In this document: in pieces, positions 23,132 to 34,140 of the stretch
How the letters are laid out: each line of letters starts with the position of its first letter
Position numbering within the stretch: position 1 is the first letter of the stretch
From: an uncultured delta proteobacterium
Lineage (GTDB): Bacteria > Desulfobacterota > WTBG01 > CAIYCZ01 > CAIRTM01
Length of the DNA: 64,000 nucleotides
NCBI GenBank assembly: GCA_963804955.1
Contig: CAWDSQ010000008.1
Coordinates: forward strand, 1 to 64,000
Reading direction: 5' to 3'
Made by a program: the position numbers and the translations under genes
Notes under the pieces: generated by a model
What the model saw: only the letters and a program-made list of their open reading frames with translations
Database searches by the model: none
Told to the model about the DNA's origin: nothing

Positions 23132-23305
23132 AGCCCCTGTTTCCCTGTGTTGTCTTTAGAAAACCATCGCCTGTGGCGACGGTTCCTGAAGAAGGCAACT
23201 CAACTCTGCGTGTTTTTGATTACGCCCTTTCAGGGCCAAATCAAGCCACCCGCTATGCGGGTGATTGCTGACTTCGTGCAGGCCCTGCGCGCGTACTGCC
23301 GCGCA

Positions 23306-23722
23306 TTATACATCAATCACTACGGTTGCCTGCCAGATGCCGTTTTTCTGCCTGATCGACAGGCCGTGATAGGTTACCGCTTTTACCGCGGTTTTCAGCT
23401 CGTGGCAGCCCGGCTGAAACTGCTCGCCATACGCGCTCGCCGCAAGCGACAGGCCGTCGATATGCTCTACGGTAAACCGGCTGAACAAAAGCCCTCGCGT
23501 ATCAAATTCATACAGCAGGGCGCCCAGCCACTCCACCAGCAACTCTTCCTCATTGTCGCGCCGCAGCTCGAAGCGTTGCATTTGCAGGGGCTTTACGCGG
23601 CCCGTATCGGTCAGCACGTCAAACAGGGCGCAGCCGGCATTCTCAAAAAGTCCGGCCAGGCTCGGCCCGTATATGCGCAAACCCATGTCTGCGGTGTGGT
23701 CAAAGAACTCGTATTTTTTCAT
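23306..23722 (-). CDS. Archease
   Basis: FDHTADMG at N-terminus, KAVTYH and C-terminal IDV. Confidence 0.93.
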   Translation of the reverse strand: MKKYEFFDHTADMGLRIYGPSLAGLFENAGCALFDVLTDTGRVKPLQMQRFELRRDNEEELLVEWLGALLYEFDTRGLLFSRFTVEHIDGLSLAASAYGEQFQPGCHELKTAVKAVTYHGLSIRQKNGIWQATVVIDV

Positions 23723-23887
23723 GATGGTGCAGCGGATTAGCGCCCCTTCTCTGATGCATTATAGGTCAACGTGCGCGGTCATGTCAAAAGCAACCTTGCG
23801 CCAGGGGCCATATTTTCAATTGTAAATGCAGCGCTACTTGTTTATTGTAGCAGGTGTTTTAAAAGATAGCAGCCATAAAGGAGCCAT

Positions 23888-24250
23888 ATGGATATCAGCA
23901 AAACAATTGCACAGCTGAAGCAGGAGCCCGGATTTTCAGAAAAAGTGGGCATGATACTGGTGCATAACGGCGTGGTGCGCGGCTGGTCGCGCAAAGACGG
24001 CGCTGCCGTGGGTGAGATCGAGGTGCGGCCCGACCGCAGCCGCATCGAGCAGCTCCGCGCCGAGTATGAAAAAAAGCCGGGAATTCACCGCGTGCTGATT
24101 GAAGCATGCGAGGGCCGCCTGAAGCCGGGCGATGATCTGCTGTTCATAGTCGTTGCCGGCGATATACGGGAGAATGTCAAGCCCGTGCTTGCCGAGCTGC
24201 TTGACCGCGTCAAGTCCGAAGCAGTCGCCAAGACCGAGTTTGCGCCATGA
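23888..24250 (+). CDS. MoaE-like molybdopterin synthase large-subunit family protein
   Basis: GMILVHNGVVR, LKPGDDLLFIVVAGDIR and VK...KTE. Confidence 0.8.
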   Translation: MDISKTIAQLKQEPGFSEKVGMILVHNGVVRGWSRKDGAAVGEIEVRPDRSRIEQLRAEYEKKPGIHRVLIEACEGRLKPGDDLLFIVVAGDIRENVKPVLAELLDRVKSEAVAKTEFAP

Positions 24251-24257
24251 GGCTGCT

Positions 24258-25388
24258 ATGAAGCAGGGCCGCAACCCCCTGCCGGCAGTGCTGCTTGCCA
24301 CCTTTATTTCGGGTTTCGGTTTCAGCGTGGTCGTGCCTGTCTCTTCGGTGGTTCTGGAAGAGATGCATGTGGCCACACCGATCATCGGCCTTGTTGCCAC
24401 CATCATGTTTGCGGGCTTTGCCGTGGGCGGGCCGCTTTCGGGCCGGTGCATCCGGCTCTACGGCATCAGGAGCACGGTGGCGGCAGGGCTTGCCGTAACG
24501 GGCATTATGCTGGTGCTTATCGGCCTGAAGGTATGGCTGCCGCTCTGGTTTGCCCTGCGCTTTATTCTGGGCATTGCAGCCGCAACCGCGTTTACCTCCG
24601 CCGAAATTCTTATCAACCGCGTCAGCACCGATGCCAACCGCGGCCGCAATCTGGGGCTGTACGGCTTTGCTTTTTCCCTGAGCATGATGATCGGGCCTTT
24701 TGCCCTGTGGCTGCTGCGCTTCGGCGTGTGGCTGCCCTTTCTGCTCGCCGGTTTTTTCTGTTGCGCCATGGCGCCGGTGGTGTACGCGGCCATCCCCGAG
24801 TACAAAGAGGAGCCGGAACAGTTCAAAATCGATTTTCATTTTGTTCGCCGCGTCCGCGTTTCCATGGTCGCCATGCTCATGGCAGGTTTTATGGAAGGCG
24901 CGCTCATCGCCCTCATCCCCATTTACGCCCTGCGCGAAGGGTTCACCGAGCCGCAGACCGGCCTGCTGCTGTCAGCCTTCATGATCGGGCACGGGTCCTT
25001 CCCGCCGCTTATCGGCATACTGGGCGACCGCATCGGCCTGCGCCGCGTGCTTTTAATAACCTACGGCCTTGGCGCCGTAAGCTTCAGCACCGTCATGTTT
25101 ATGCCTGTCAGCATGGCCCTTGCCGTGGTGTTTGCCTTCGGCGGCGCCGCAGTCGGGGCACTGTATCCCCTTGCTGTGGGCCTGCTTGCCGGGGTTCTGT
25201 CTTTTGATGAACTGCCCCGGGGCAATGCGCTCACAACATTCTGCTACGGCACGGGCAGCATTGCCGGCCCCTTCATCCCCGCGGTCATTATGCATGTGAG
25301 CATGCCGGCTAGCCTTTTTATCGTGGCGGCAGTGCTCTACGGCGCAGTGTTTGCCTTCACGCGCCGGTCGCTTGTCAGAAAAGCCTGA
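24258..25388 (+). CDS. MFS transporter
   Basis: Many TM helices; GDRIGLRR motif. Confidence 0.88.
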   Translation: MKQGRNPLPAVLLATFISGFGFSVVVPVSSVVLEEMHVATPIIGLVATIMFAGFAVGGPLSGRCIRLYGIRSTVAAGLAVTGIMLVLIGLKVWLPLWFALRFILGIAAATAFTSAEILINRVSTDANRGRNLGLYGFAFSLSMMIGPFALWLLRFGVWLPFLLAGFFCCAMAPVVYAAIPEYKEEPEQFKIDFHFVRRVRVSMVAMLMAGFMEGALIALIPIYALREGFTEPQTGLLLSAFMIGHGSFPPLIGILGDRIGLRRVLLITYGLGAVSFSTVMFMPVSMALAVVFAFGGAAVGALYPLAVGLLAGVLSFDELPRGNALTTFCYGTGSIAGPFIPAVIMHVSMPASLFIVAAVLYGAVFAFTRRSLVRKA

Positions 25389-25849
25389 CCGGATTGTGCT
25401 GCGTGGTCTGGCCGGGTTAGCGCTATCGCGGTACGTATCAAAAAATTAGTGTTATCTATTGGAATGCCCCGTCCTGCAAGTCGGAGCGGCTCATTGCACT
25501 ATGGGTTTTATTCGTAAGCGCCGGCGGCATTTGGCCCTCTTTTTTCCGGTGTGTTATACGAGGGCGCAGAGCTGAAGAAGGAGAAAGTATAAAAAAGGCC
25601 TGTTTTGCTAAGTGGTCGGCAATCGGCGATGCATACAGCAGGGTGGAGAAAATTATAAAGGAGTATGCACATGGCCGCAGCCGGGGTTTTGGCTCCAGCT
25701 CTGCCAAGCAGCGGCCTGTCGCCAAGCCCAGAATCATGGCGATATTGATAAGGGCAATGAGCACGTCAATGCCGTATGGTCCCTTTTTCTAGTAAAAAAA
25801 AGAGGCCCGAAGGCCTCCTTTTTTTTAAAAAAACATTGAAACGGACAGA

Positions 25850-26842
25850 TCACTTTCCGGTAAACAGATATTTCAGGCGCGGCTGCGCGGTCACGGTTGA
25901 ATACAAGGTTTCCTCAGTGGCGTTGTCAAGTGAAGCCAGCGCGTAGGTGTATGTGTGCCAGTTTCTCAAGCCCGAGTCGGTGTAGGAGTACGCGCCGCCT
26001 GCTGCTCCCTTGGAAGCGATCAGGGCGGGGTTGATCTTTTCATAGGGTGAGCCCTTCTCGGAGCGGTAGATGTTAAAACCGGTCACGTCGCTTGCTTCGC
26101 TTGTTGTTGTCCACTCGATGGTTACGCTTCTGCTGCCCGGTTTTGCCGTGAGCGATGCAAGGGCAATGCTGCCCGTCCAGCGCTGATAGGTTCTGTAGCC
26201 GTCGGCTTTGAAATCCGTGTTACAGATCGTGACTCTGTTCATGGTTATTTTCGTGATTTCCATCATCGAGGCAAGAAGTGCCCGAACGGCGGGCAGGGGA
26301 ATCCCGCCCATCATCGCCTGATACTCCTCGTAGGGGATGTAATTGATGAGAATGGCGTCGAAATCAGGATTGTCACCTGTGATAACTTCAGCTTTGCCGT
26401 TCATTTGAGCGCCGCGCATGTTGGAGAAGCCCTCGAAATGCCCTTCATTCCAGCTCAGGGAGACATCGGGATTTTCTTTCATGTGAATAAGCTTTTCGGT
26501 GTTTTTCTCGTGTATGCCGTAGAAGGTCATGGTCTCGTTATCCAGAGTCCATTCCGCTGTTGTGGTGACCGGCACATTGTTGTAGCTCGTGCCGAGCACA
26601 TAGAGCTTGAAGTTTTTGCGGCCGCCCAGAAGCTCGGCAATTTTAGCTTTTATGTCCGCATTTTCCATGATGCCCTGACCGGCTTCATATGCGCCGAATT
26701 TGCCGGTGAGGTAGGTTTCAGTTGCCGATGTGTAGGCATCGGCAGCCGCCGCGCTTTTTTCTGCGGCATAGACCGTTGCTGCAGCCAAAACCATGGCGCA
26801 GGCACATGCTGTCGCAAACAGTTTCCCGATCGTTTTCTTCAT
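25850..26842 (-). CDS. Exported protein: pyridoxamine-5'-phosphate-oxidase-like (FMN split barrel) domain plus FN3-like C-terminal domain
   Basis: Signal peptide; TEKLIHMKENPDVSL and GAQMNGKAE; GFNIYRS...YSYTD...YTY. Confidence 0.7.
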   Translation of the reverse strand: MKKTIGKLFATACACAMVLAAATVYAAEKSAAAADAYTSATETYLTGKFGAYEAGQGIMENADIKAKIAELLGGRKNFKLYVLGTSYNNVPVTTTAEWTLDNETMTFYGIHEKNTEKLIHMKENPDVSLSWNEGHFEGFSNMRGAQMNGKAEVITGDNPDFDAILINYIPYEEYQAMMGGIPLPAVRALLASMMEITKITMNRVTICNTDFKADGYRTYQRWTGSIALASLTAKPGSRSVTIEWTTTSEASDVTGFNIYRSEKGSPYEKINPALIASKGAAGGAYSYTDSGLRNWHTYTYALASLDNATEETLYSTVTAQPRLKYLFTGK

Positions 26843-27042
26843 CCTGGTCCTCCTTGTGCGTTACGGGTTTAATGGTCATAAGGCATAAGCTTCTTTATTA
26901 AAGAATATGCCTTGGAAAAACATGTTTTTATTGCTTAAAGCTTCATCTGGCACCAGCCTTTTTCCGGCCTTATAGTAAGGTTTTAGGCTGTGCTGACGGG
27001 CAGCTTAGGGGCTTGTAATTTTCAATAAATGAAAAATAATTA

Positions 27043-27202
27043 TGCACAAAACATGCCCGATCCTCCTCCCTGGGAGGGTGGTCATAAAAAGCATGATTAT
27101 GCAGGTTGTTAACGTGATAACTCGTATAACACGCCCAGGATGTTGCGGCAGAAGGTGTATTTTTTGTTGTGCAAAAATGCACAGCCTGTGCATTTTTGCA
27201 CA
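27043..27202 (-). promoter_or_regulatory. Sigma54 promoter (27043-27058) with tandem palindromic enhancer sites (27168-27202)
   Basis: Minus strand GGGCATGTTTTGTGCA is GG-N10-GC; TGTGCAAAAATGCACA and TGTGCATTTTTGCACA lie 110-145 bp upstream. Confidence 0.65.
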
Positions 27203-27300
27203 GCCTGTCACCAGACAGAAGCGCTGGGTGGCTTTCTCAAGCAAAAAGGCCTGATGCTGCAGCGCATCAGGCCTTGATAGGGGGGTGCTATCGGCAGAGG

Positions 27301-27900
27301 TTACATGAACAGTTCCGCAATGGGAATAAATAATGTCAAAGCCCTATACGAAAAGGATTTCAGCTTCGGGTTATTTTCAAGAGCAGCATTGACAGACTCA
27401 GCATTGTCGTAATATATGCGGATGAATTTTCTGCCCAGAGCGTTTTTTGCCAGTACTGTATCGCGGAGCCGGGTCAGAGTTTCAAGGCGCGAATCCTCCT
27501 CCCCGAGCAACCGGGCGGCAGGGCAGGCGCTCGTGCAGTCGGTATGGCATGACGTGCAGGAAGGGCCTGCCGTTGCAATGCCGATGCCTGTAGCTGAGGC
27601 TGTCCGAGCATGGCATGAGGCGCAGTTTTTCATGACCCTGACATGCAGTTTCACCAGACTGCATTCGCCGGGATTGCCTGCAGGGTGACAAGCAGCGCAT
27701 TTGGCCGGGGCAACATCCTGCGCGCCGGCAGGGTCTACATGACAGCCGGTGCAGGGAGTATGGCCCGAGACATCGTGCAGCTCCTTTTTTATATGGCAGG
27801 TTGTACACCCCTCATGCACAGTGCTGTAGGCGAAACCGTTTTGGGTCTGCACAAAAAAAGCATATGCCAGGATTCCGCAGGCTAAAAGGTATTTTTTCAA
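27301..27900 (-). CDS. Pentaheme c-type cytochrome with CFI-box-CTERM-like tail
   Basis: Five CxxCH (CTTCH, CTGCH, CAACH, CASCH, CTSCH); tail LRDTVL...GRKFIRIYY. Confidence 0.82.
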   Translation of the reverse strand: MKKYLLACGILAYAFFVQTQNGFAYSTVHEGCTTCHIKKELHDVSGHTPCTGCHVDPAGAQDVAPAKCAACHPAGNPGECSLVKLHVRVMKNCASCHARTASATGIGIATAGPSCTSCHTDCTSACPAARLLGEEDSRLETLTRLRDTVLAKNALGRKFIRIYYDNAESVNAALENNPKLKSFSYRALTLFIPIAELFM

Positions 27901-28141
27901 TATTCAGATCCTTTCCCGTGAAACTATATATTTGTCACGCGTCTGTGATTTTTGCAGGGGATATGTAAAAGAACTGTTTAATAGTAGAGAAAATAAAGAC
28001 CTTTGTCAAATTGCGGTAAGTCTTTTTGCAGGAAATTATTCGATTGTGTACTGCCATGTCGGTTCGTCTGTATTGGCAGGCATGGCCGATGCCGCAGACA
28101 GCAGGTGGGGGCGCTGAGCGGATACGGGGCAGCAGCACCCT

Positions 28142-29350
28142 CTACGGCTCAAGCTCAGGGATGCCGGTGCCCGCGGGCGGAGCCTTTGACCGTGTGGCAT
28201 GCAGCAGCCGCCCGATATAGACAGTGCCGATGATTCCAAAAATTGCCGAGAAGTAGAATACTTCACCCGTTCCGAATGTATCATGAATAAAACCGCACAC
28301 CAGCGGGCCGCCACCCAGGCCCAAGCTCATGGCGACATTGAACAGCGCTATGAGCGAGCCCATGCCATACTTTTTGCCTTCCTCCACAATGAGGGCTGTT
28401 GCAGCCGGTAAAGGAATGGCTGCAAGCACGCCGGAGAAAAAGCTTATGGCCAGAAGCAGCCAGAAATTCGGCGCCAGCGGAAACAGCGCAATTGCGCAGG
28501 CATAGAGCAGGTTGCCCGTCAGGAGCAGGGTTTTGCGGTTGAACCGGTCGGCAAGCCTGCCGCAGGGATACTGCAGAAATGAGGTGACCAGCACGCCGGT
28601 TGACACCGCCATGCCTATCTGGAATCCATTCAGCCCGAGCATGGAACTGCCCATGATGGGCAGAAATGTCATAACCGAGCCGCGTAGAAATGCATTGATG
28701 AACCGGAACCAGAGTATGCCTTGAACCTGCCGCAGCTTTAAAAGCGCCCGGTAGGAAAGAGGCTCAGCTTTTTTCAGGATGGTTTCACTTTTTGTGGCCG
28801 GCAGGAACATGACCACGAGCAGGAATGAAACTGCGCACAGCAGACCCATAAGTATGAAGTCGGCGTCAAGGCCGAACAGGTCATTGATGCTGCCGCCGAT
28901 GAACGGGCCGAACCCCATGCCGCAAAAAATAGCAACGTTGAACTGCCCCATATAGCTGCCCACCCTTTCCGGAGGGGAAATTTCGCCAACATAGGCCTGG
29001 GCGATGGGCACGATCATGGCCGAGCAGAAGCCCTGCAGAATGCGCACGCAGAAAAGCGTCATATAGTCGTTGGCGAAAATGAAACCGAGGCAGGAAAGCC
29101 CGTAAAGGAACAGGCCTGTGGAGATAAAAGTTTTGCGGCCGGTTTTATCCGAGAGCCTGCCGACAAAGGGCATGAAGACCGAGCGCGAGATAGCAAAGCC
29201 GGCGAATATGGCTCCAACCCAGACGCCGTTGGCGCCAAGGGTTTTGGCATAGAGGGGCAGCACGGGCACAATGATCCCGAGGCCCAGCATGGAAACAAAG
29301 ATGGCAAATGAAAGAACAGAGAAAATTCTTAATCGGAGGGCGGCATCCAT
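28142..29350 (-). CDS. MFS transporter (DHA1/TetA-like)
   Basis: GLGIIVPVLP, GRLSDKTGRK and GRLADRFNRK. Confidence 0.9.
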   Translation of the reverse strand: MDAALRLRIFSVLSFAIFVSMLGLGIIVPVLPLYAKTLGANGVWVGAIFAGFAISRSVFMPFVGRLSDKTGRKTFISTGLFLYGLSCLGFIFANDYMTLFCVRILQGFCSAMIVPIAQAYVGEISPPERVGSYMGQFNVAIFCGMGFGPFIGGSINDLFGLDADFILMGLLCAVSFLLVVMFLPATKSETILKKAEPLSYRALLKLRQVQGILWFRFINAFLRGSVMTFLPIMGSSMLGLNGFQIGMAVSTGVLVTSFLQYPCGRLADRFNRKTLLLTGNLLYACAIALFPLAPNFWLLLAISFFSGVLAAIPLPAATALIVEEGKKYGMGSLIALFNVAMSLGLGGGPLVCGFIHDTFGTGEVFYFSAIFGIIGTVYIGRLLHATRSKAPPAGTGIPELEP

Positions 29351-29353
29351 GGC

Positions 29354-30094
29354 TTATCCGGTCATGCGCTGCCGCATGGCTTCAAACAGCACGACAGCGC
29401 CGGCAGTGGATGCATTGAGAGAGTCAAAGCCTGCCTGCAGGGGAATGGAAACGCACATATCGCATGTTTTTTCCACGAGCGGTCGCATGCCCTTTCCTTC
29501 GCTGCCGATGACCAGCGCCAGGGGCCGTTTGAAATCAAAACGGTATATGGTTGTATCGGCCCGGGGCGACGTGCCCACAACCCAGATATTCTCCTGCTTC
29601 AGCTGAGCAAGCGTTGCAGCGATATTGGTGACGCGGCACAGGGGTATATGCTCGACTGCGCCGGCAGATGCTTTGCCGACTGTTGCGGTGAGGGCGACTG
29701 ACCGGTCCTTGGGAAAAATGACAGCCTGCACGCCCGCGCATACGGCGCTGCGGATCAGGGCGCCGAAGTTGTGCGGGTCCTGTATGGAGTCAAGCACCAG
29801 CAGCAGCGGAAGAGGGGAATCTTTCCTGCATTTTGCCAGGGCCGCGTCAAGGTCCCAGACCGGATACGGCTCTGCCTCAGCCAGCACGCCCTGATGCTGT
29901 TCGGAGCCTGCAAGCCGGTCGAGGCCTGCAGTCTGCTCATGGTCTATTTTTATATGCCCTTGTTGTGCAAGCTCGATAATCGGGCGCACGGCCGACTCAT
30001 CGCGCTGCCGCGCAAGGATTATGCGGTGCACGGCGCGGGGCCGCTGCTTCAGCGCTTCAAGTACCGGGTGAATGCCGTAGATGATGAATGCCAT
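29354..30094 (-). CDS. rlmB: 23S rRNA (Gm2251) methyltransferase RlmB
   Basis: YGIHPV, HQGV, LDSIQDPHNFGALIRSA, GSEGKG and SLNAS. Confidence 0.93.
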   Translation of the reverse strand: MAFIIYGIHPVLEALKQRPRAVHRIILARQRDESAVRPIIELAQQGHIKIDHEQTAGLDRLAGSEQHQGVLAEAEPYPVWDLDAALAKCRKDSPLPLLLVLDSIQDPHNFGALIRSAVCAGVQAVIFPKDRSVALTATVGKASAGAVEHIPLCRVTNIAATLAQLKQENIWVVGTSPRADTTIYRFDFKRPLALVIGSEGKGMRPLVEKTCDMCVSIPLQAGFDSLNASTAGAVVLFEAMRQRMTG

Positions 30095-30121
30095 AAGCTA
30101 AAGAGCCGGTTTCCTATGATT

Positions 30122-30149
30122 GTAGGGGCTCAAAATTTTGAGCCCCTGC
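30122..30149. repeat. GTAG-type REP-like palindrome
   Basis: gtaggggctcaaaattttgagcccctgc; similar elements at 32576-32604 and 62209-62234. Confidence 0.6.
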
Positions 30150-30194
30150 AGAATAAAATAGAATTGCCACGGCGTTCCGCTTCTACAGATCGGT

Positions 30195-30919
30195 TCACCG
30201 TGCTGCTGCTATTTCCTCTGCAATGTTTCTGGCCGCTGCCTGCGGATCGGTGGCATGGGTTATGGGCCGTCCCACGACGATAAAGTCGGCACCGGCCAGC
30301 ACAGCTTCGCCGGGCGTCATGGCCCGCTTTTGGTCGTTGTGCATCGGCGCCGTGCCGGCCGTATGCCGGGCGTGACCACCAGAAAGTCAGGGCCGCAGGC
30401 TTTTTTTATGAGCCCGATTTCCCGGGGCGATGCCACCACGCCGCTCATGCCCGCATCGCGGGCAAGCAGGGCAAGCCGCACCACAAGCTCATCAACCGGG
30501 AGAGTAATGCCCAGAGGCTGCAGGTCGTCGGGGCCCATGCTGGTGAGCACGGTAACGGCAATCATGAGGGGCTGCTCGCATACCGGGTTCTGCCCGCACC
30601 GCCTGCACTGACTCACGCATCATGGCGGCGCCGCCAAGGGCGTGCATATTGAACATGAAAACGCCGTGACGTGCCGCCTCAACAGAGGCCTTGGCCACGG
30701 TGGTGGGAATATCGTGAAACTTGAGATCAAGAAAAACCCTGCCGCCAAGCCCGTGAATCCGGCGCACGGCATCGGGACCGGTTGCCGTAAACAGCTGCTT
30801 GCCTATTTTAAAAGCGCCCACGTCATCATGCAGAAGCTCAACAAGCTTCAGGGCTGCGGGCATGGTCTCAACATCAAGTGCGACGATGATTTTATCCTTT
30901 GCAGATGTCGTGCTTCATT
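30195..30919 (-). CDS. pyrF: Orotidine-5'-phosphate decarboxylase; several indels; start approximate
   Basis: [41 protein letters not shown] and VVGRPI across frames. Confidence 0.9.
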
Positions 30920-31526
30920 CAGCAGTTCCTCGATAATGCCATGATTGTGCCTGCAGCGCTCGGCCGTTATGATCGCCATGAGCTGCCCGACGGCATCCTC
31001 AAAGCGGTCGTTCACGATAATATACTTGTACCAGCGCATCTGCGCCATCTCTTCTTTTGCCCGCGTAAGCCTGCGCTGAAGCGATTGCTCGTCCTCGGTG
31101 CCGCGGCCGCTCAGGCGGCGGCGAAGCTCGGCAAGGGAGGGCGGCAATACCAGTATGGTCACGACATCTTCGTAGGTATCGGTGAGCTGGCGGCCGCCGC
31201 GCTCATCGATGTCAAACAGCAGGTCATAGCCTCCGGCGAAAGCCTCTGCAATGGTCTGCTTTGCCGTGCCGTAGCGATTGCCGTAAATCTCGGTCCATTC
31301 GGCAATTTTGTTCTGCTGCAGCATTGTGTCAAACTCAGAGGGCGAGACAAAGAAGTAATTTTTGCCATGCTCCTCGCCGTTTCTCACAGGCCGTGTTGTG
31401 TGGGAAACGGAAAAACGGATAGCCTGCAGCCGGTTCACTGCTTCGATACACAGCGATGTCTTGCCCGCACCTGATGGGGCTGAAACGACGAAGAGAAGAT
31501 GTTTTGCAGGGGTGGTATTGCGACAT
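30915..31526 (-). CDS. gmk: Guanylate kinase; indels; ends approximate
   Basis: VSAPSGAGKTS, SVSHTTR, YGNRYGT and YIIVND. Confidence 0.9.
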
Positions 31527-31666
31527 ATTTGTTTAAGGTCCTTTAAAAGAAGCAGTTCAGGAGTTAGAATTCGGAATAAAAGACTATAGCCTAAGAATTT
31601 GCAGTTCTATATTTGAATGTCTGTATTCTGGATTCTGGCTCCTGAAGTCTGAATTCTTCTTTTCTC

Positions 31667-32549
31667 CTACATCACGTTCTGCACCTGCTCACGGATTTTT
31701 TCAAGCTCGTTTTTTGCCCCCACAACCTTCATGGCTATGTCGGCATCGGAGGCCTTGGAACCGATGGTGTTGACCTCGCGGTTGAGCTCCTGCAGGAGAA
31801 AGTCGAGCTTCTTGCCGACGGCCTCGGATGAGCCGAGCCACTTGCGGAACTGGCTGATATGGCTTTTGGCGCGAATGAGTTCTTCGGTGACATCGCTGCG
31901 GTCGGCAAGCAGGGCTATTTCCTGCACCATGCGCTGCTCATCCACCGCCACGCCGTCGCACAGCTGACGCACGCGTTCTTTGAGCGTCAGGAGCCGCGCT
32001 GCCAGCGCTTCGGGCGCCCGCTGCGCAACTTCAGCAAGCACGGTTTCAACATGGCTCATGCGGGTGGCGAGGTCATCGGTAAGGGCCGCGCCCTCGGCGT
32101 CCTGCATGTGCCGCAGCTGCCCGAGGGCCTGCTCAAGCACCGGTTTGATAAAGGCCCACAGCAGCTCTTTATCATGCTGGTTGTCCGGCTCTTTGAAAAA
32201 GATGTCGCGCAAGGGAAGCAGGCTGGCCATATCAATGGCGCCGGGGATGCCCGCCTCTTGCTGTATTTTGCTGAGCTGGCCGTACAGGTTCTTTACCTTG
32301 GCCGCCATCGATTTGCATTTCAACGTCCCCGTTCTGCTGGGACGAGTACTGCAGGTTGATATCGACTTTCCCCCGCGAAACATGCGCCGATATGAGCTTG
32401 CGGATGTCGCTTTCAAGGGGGTAAAAGATTTTCGGTATCCGCAGGGATATGTCCAGAAAGCGGTGATTGACCGAGCGCGCTTCGGCGCTTATTTTGCGCT
32501 CATCGGTTGCCTGTTCGCTGCGGCCGTAGCCGGTCATGCTTCGAAGCAT
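31667..32549 (-). CDS. yicC: YicC/YloC family endoribonuclease; indel near 32310
   Basis: MLRSMTGYG, RSVNHRF, RGKV, GKKLDFLLQELNREVNTIGSK and EKIREQVQN. Confidence 0.92.
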
Positions 32550-32605
32550 GGGGTTTCTCCATATAAGGGTTCAATGCAGGGGCGTATGGACCATACGCCC
32601 TTACT

Positions 32606-33127
32606 TTAGTTGCTGATAGTATCTTGTCGCGCAATGCCGTTTAAAAGAGCGATAAGCTCCGGCGACCGGTAGTCGGGAAAGGTCCAGGCAAGGGCCGTGA
32701 ACGTGCCGCCTTTATACAGCAGGGTCAGGTCGGCAAAAACCCCGTCGCGCAGATACGGCCGGTGCGCAAAATTTTTGCAGGTGGCCAGTATCAAATGATG
32801 CAGGGTTATATATCCCGGGTCGATATTCACCCGGCGGGTGCCGTCGGGCCGCGCACAGGCCGCTTCAAGGCCGTTTGTAAAGAGCTTGATGCCGGGCAGG
32901 CTCTCGGGAGCGATCAGGTCGCCAAAGGTTATGAAATGACGAAAAAGCCCCGGGCCGATCTCAGCCTCATAATAGTCGGTATAGTCGAAGGACAAACGGT
33001 CGCTTCGGTAGTCAATCGGGCCATACTGCTCTGCAAGGCGGAGGCATACCGCATCTATGAGTTCCGGCTCGCCGGTGATGATGCTTGCGAGGAGCTTGAC
33101 GGGCTGCGGCTGTCGGGGTGCGCTCAC
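32606..33127 (-). CDS. DUF4416 family protein
   Basis: FDYTDYYEAE, RRVNIDPGY, ATCKNFAHRPYL and WTFPDY; GTG start at 33127. Confidence 0.8.
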   Translation of the reverse strand: MSAPRQPQPVKLLASIITGEPELIDAVCLRLAEQYGPIDYRSDRLSFDYTDYYEAEIGPGLFRHFITFGDLIAPESLPGIKLFTNGLEAACARPDGTRRVNIDPGYITLHHLILATCKNFAHRPYLRDGVFADLTLLYKGGTFTALAWTFPDYRSPELIALLNGIARQDTISN

Positions 33128-34135
33128 GGTTCGGTAAATGTATTGTGAAGAATTGCACTGTCTCAGCTGATCGACCGTCAGGGTCGATGTGCCGATATAA
33201 TGGATCACCACGCCTGCTGCCACATTGGCAATGCGCGCAGCCTCCTCCCATGTGGCGCCAGCCGTGCGGGCAAGCACCAGTGTGCTGATGACCGTGTCGC
33301 CGGCGCCGGTGACGTCGTAGACCTGTTCGGCCGCAGTTTGTATTTTTACGTCAAGGCCGGCGCTGTCAACAAGGCGCATGCCCAGTTCCCCGAGCTTGAC
33401 CAGCACGCAGCTGCAGCCGAGATTGTTCATGATATCATGGGCTGCTGAAAGCGCTTCGTCGTCGCCCGTTATTTCGTGGCGCATGAAGCCGCTTGCTTCC
33501 TTGCGGTTGGGCACCACGATGGTGATGTTTTTGAAATGCTTGAAGTTGCTGAACTTGGGATCAACGGCAACGATCAGATTCGGCCGGCCTGTCACCTGCG
33601 GCAGCACCTCATGCAGAAGCTGCGGCGTGATGAGCCCCTTTTCATAGTCTGAAAAGATGATGGCATCCAGGCTGCCGGCATGGGAAATAATGCGCTCGGC
33701 AAGCTGCTTTCTGCACGAAGAGGGCACCGGTGATCGATCCTCACGGTCAAGCCGTATGACCTGCTGGTTGTGGGCGATGATGCGCGTCTTTATGGTCGTC
33801 GGCCGCGACGGTTCGGTTATAAGGCAGCACGGGTCGGCGCCCGCAGAGGTGATGCGCTCGCGCACCAGCGCGCCGTCGGCGTCATCGCCCACGACGCCGC
33901 ACAGCAGCACATTGCGGTTGCCCAGCGCAGCAATATTATTGAACACATTGGCCGCTCCGCCCAGGCGCACGTCGCGGGCAGTGCCGTTAGAGAGGTTTAC
34001 CACAGGTATGGGCGCCTCGGGCGAAATGCGCTCCACCGAGCCCTTCACATATTCATCAAGCATCACGTCCCCGACGACCATGATGCGGCCAGCCGGAAAT
34101 GCGCTCAGTATCTGTTGGAGCCGTTCTTTTTGCAT
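33124..34135 (-). CDS. rfaE1: D-glycero-beta-D-manno-heptose-7-phosphate kinase (RfaE1/HldA, PfkB family); 3' end approximate
   Basis: GDVMLDEY, RISPEAPIPVV, GGAANV, SDYEKG and DVTGAGDTV. Confidence 0.9.
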
Positions 34136-34140
34136 ACGAA

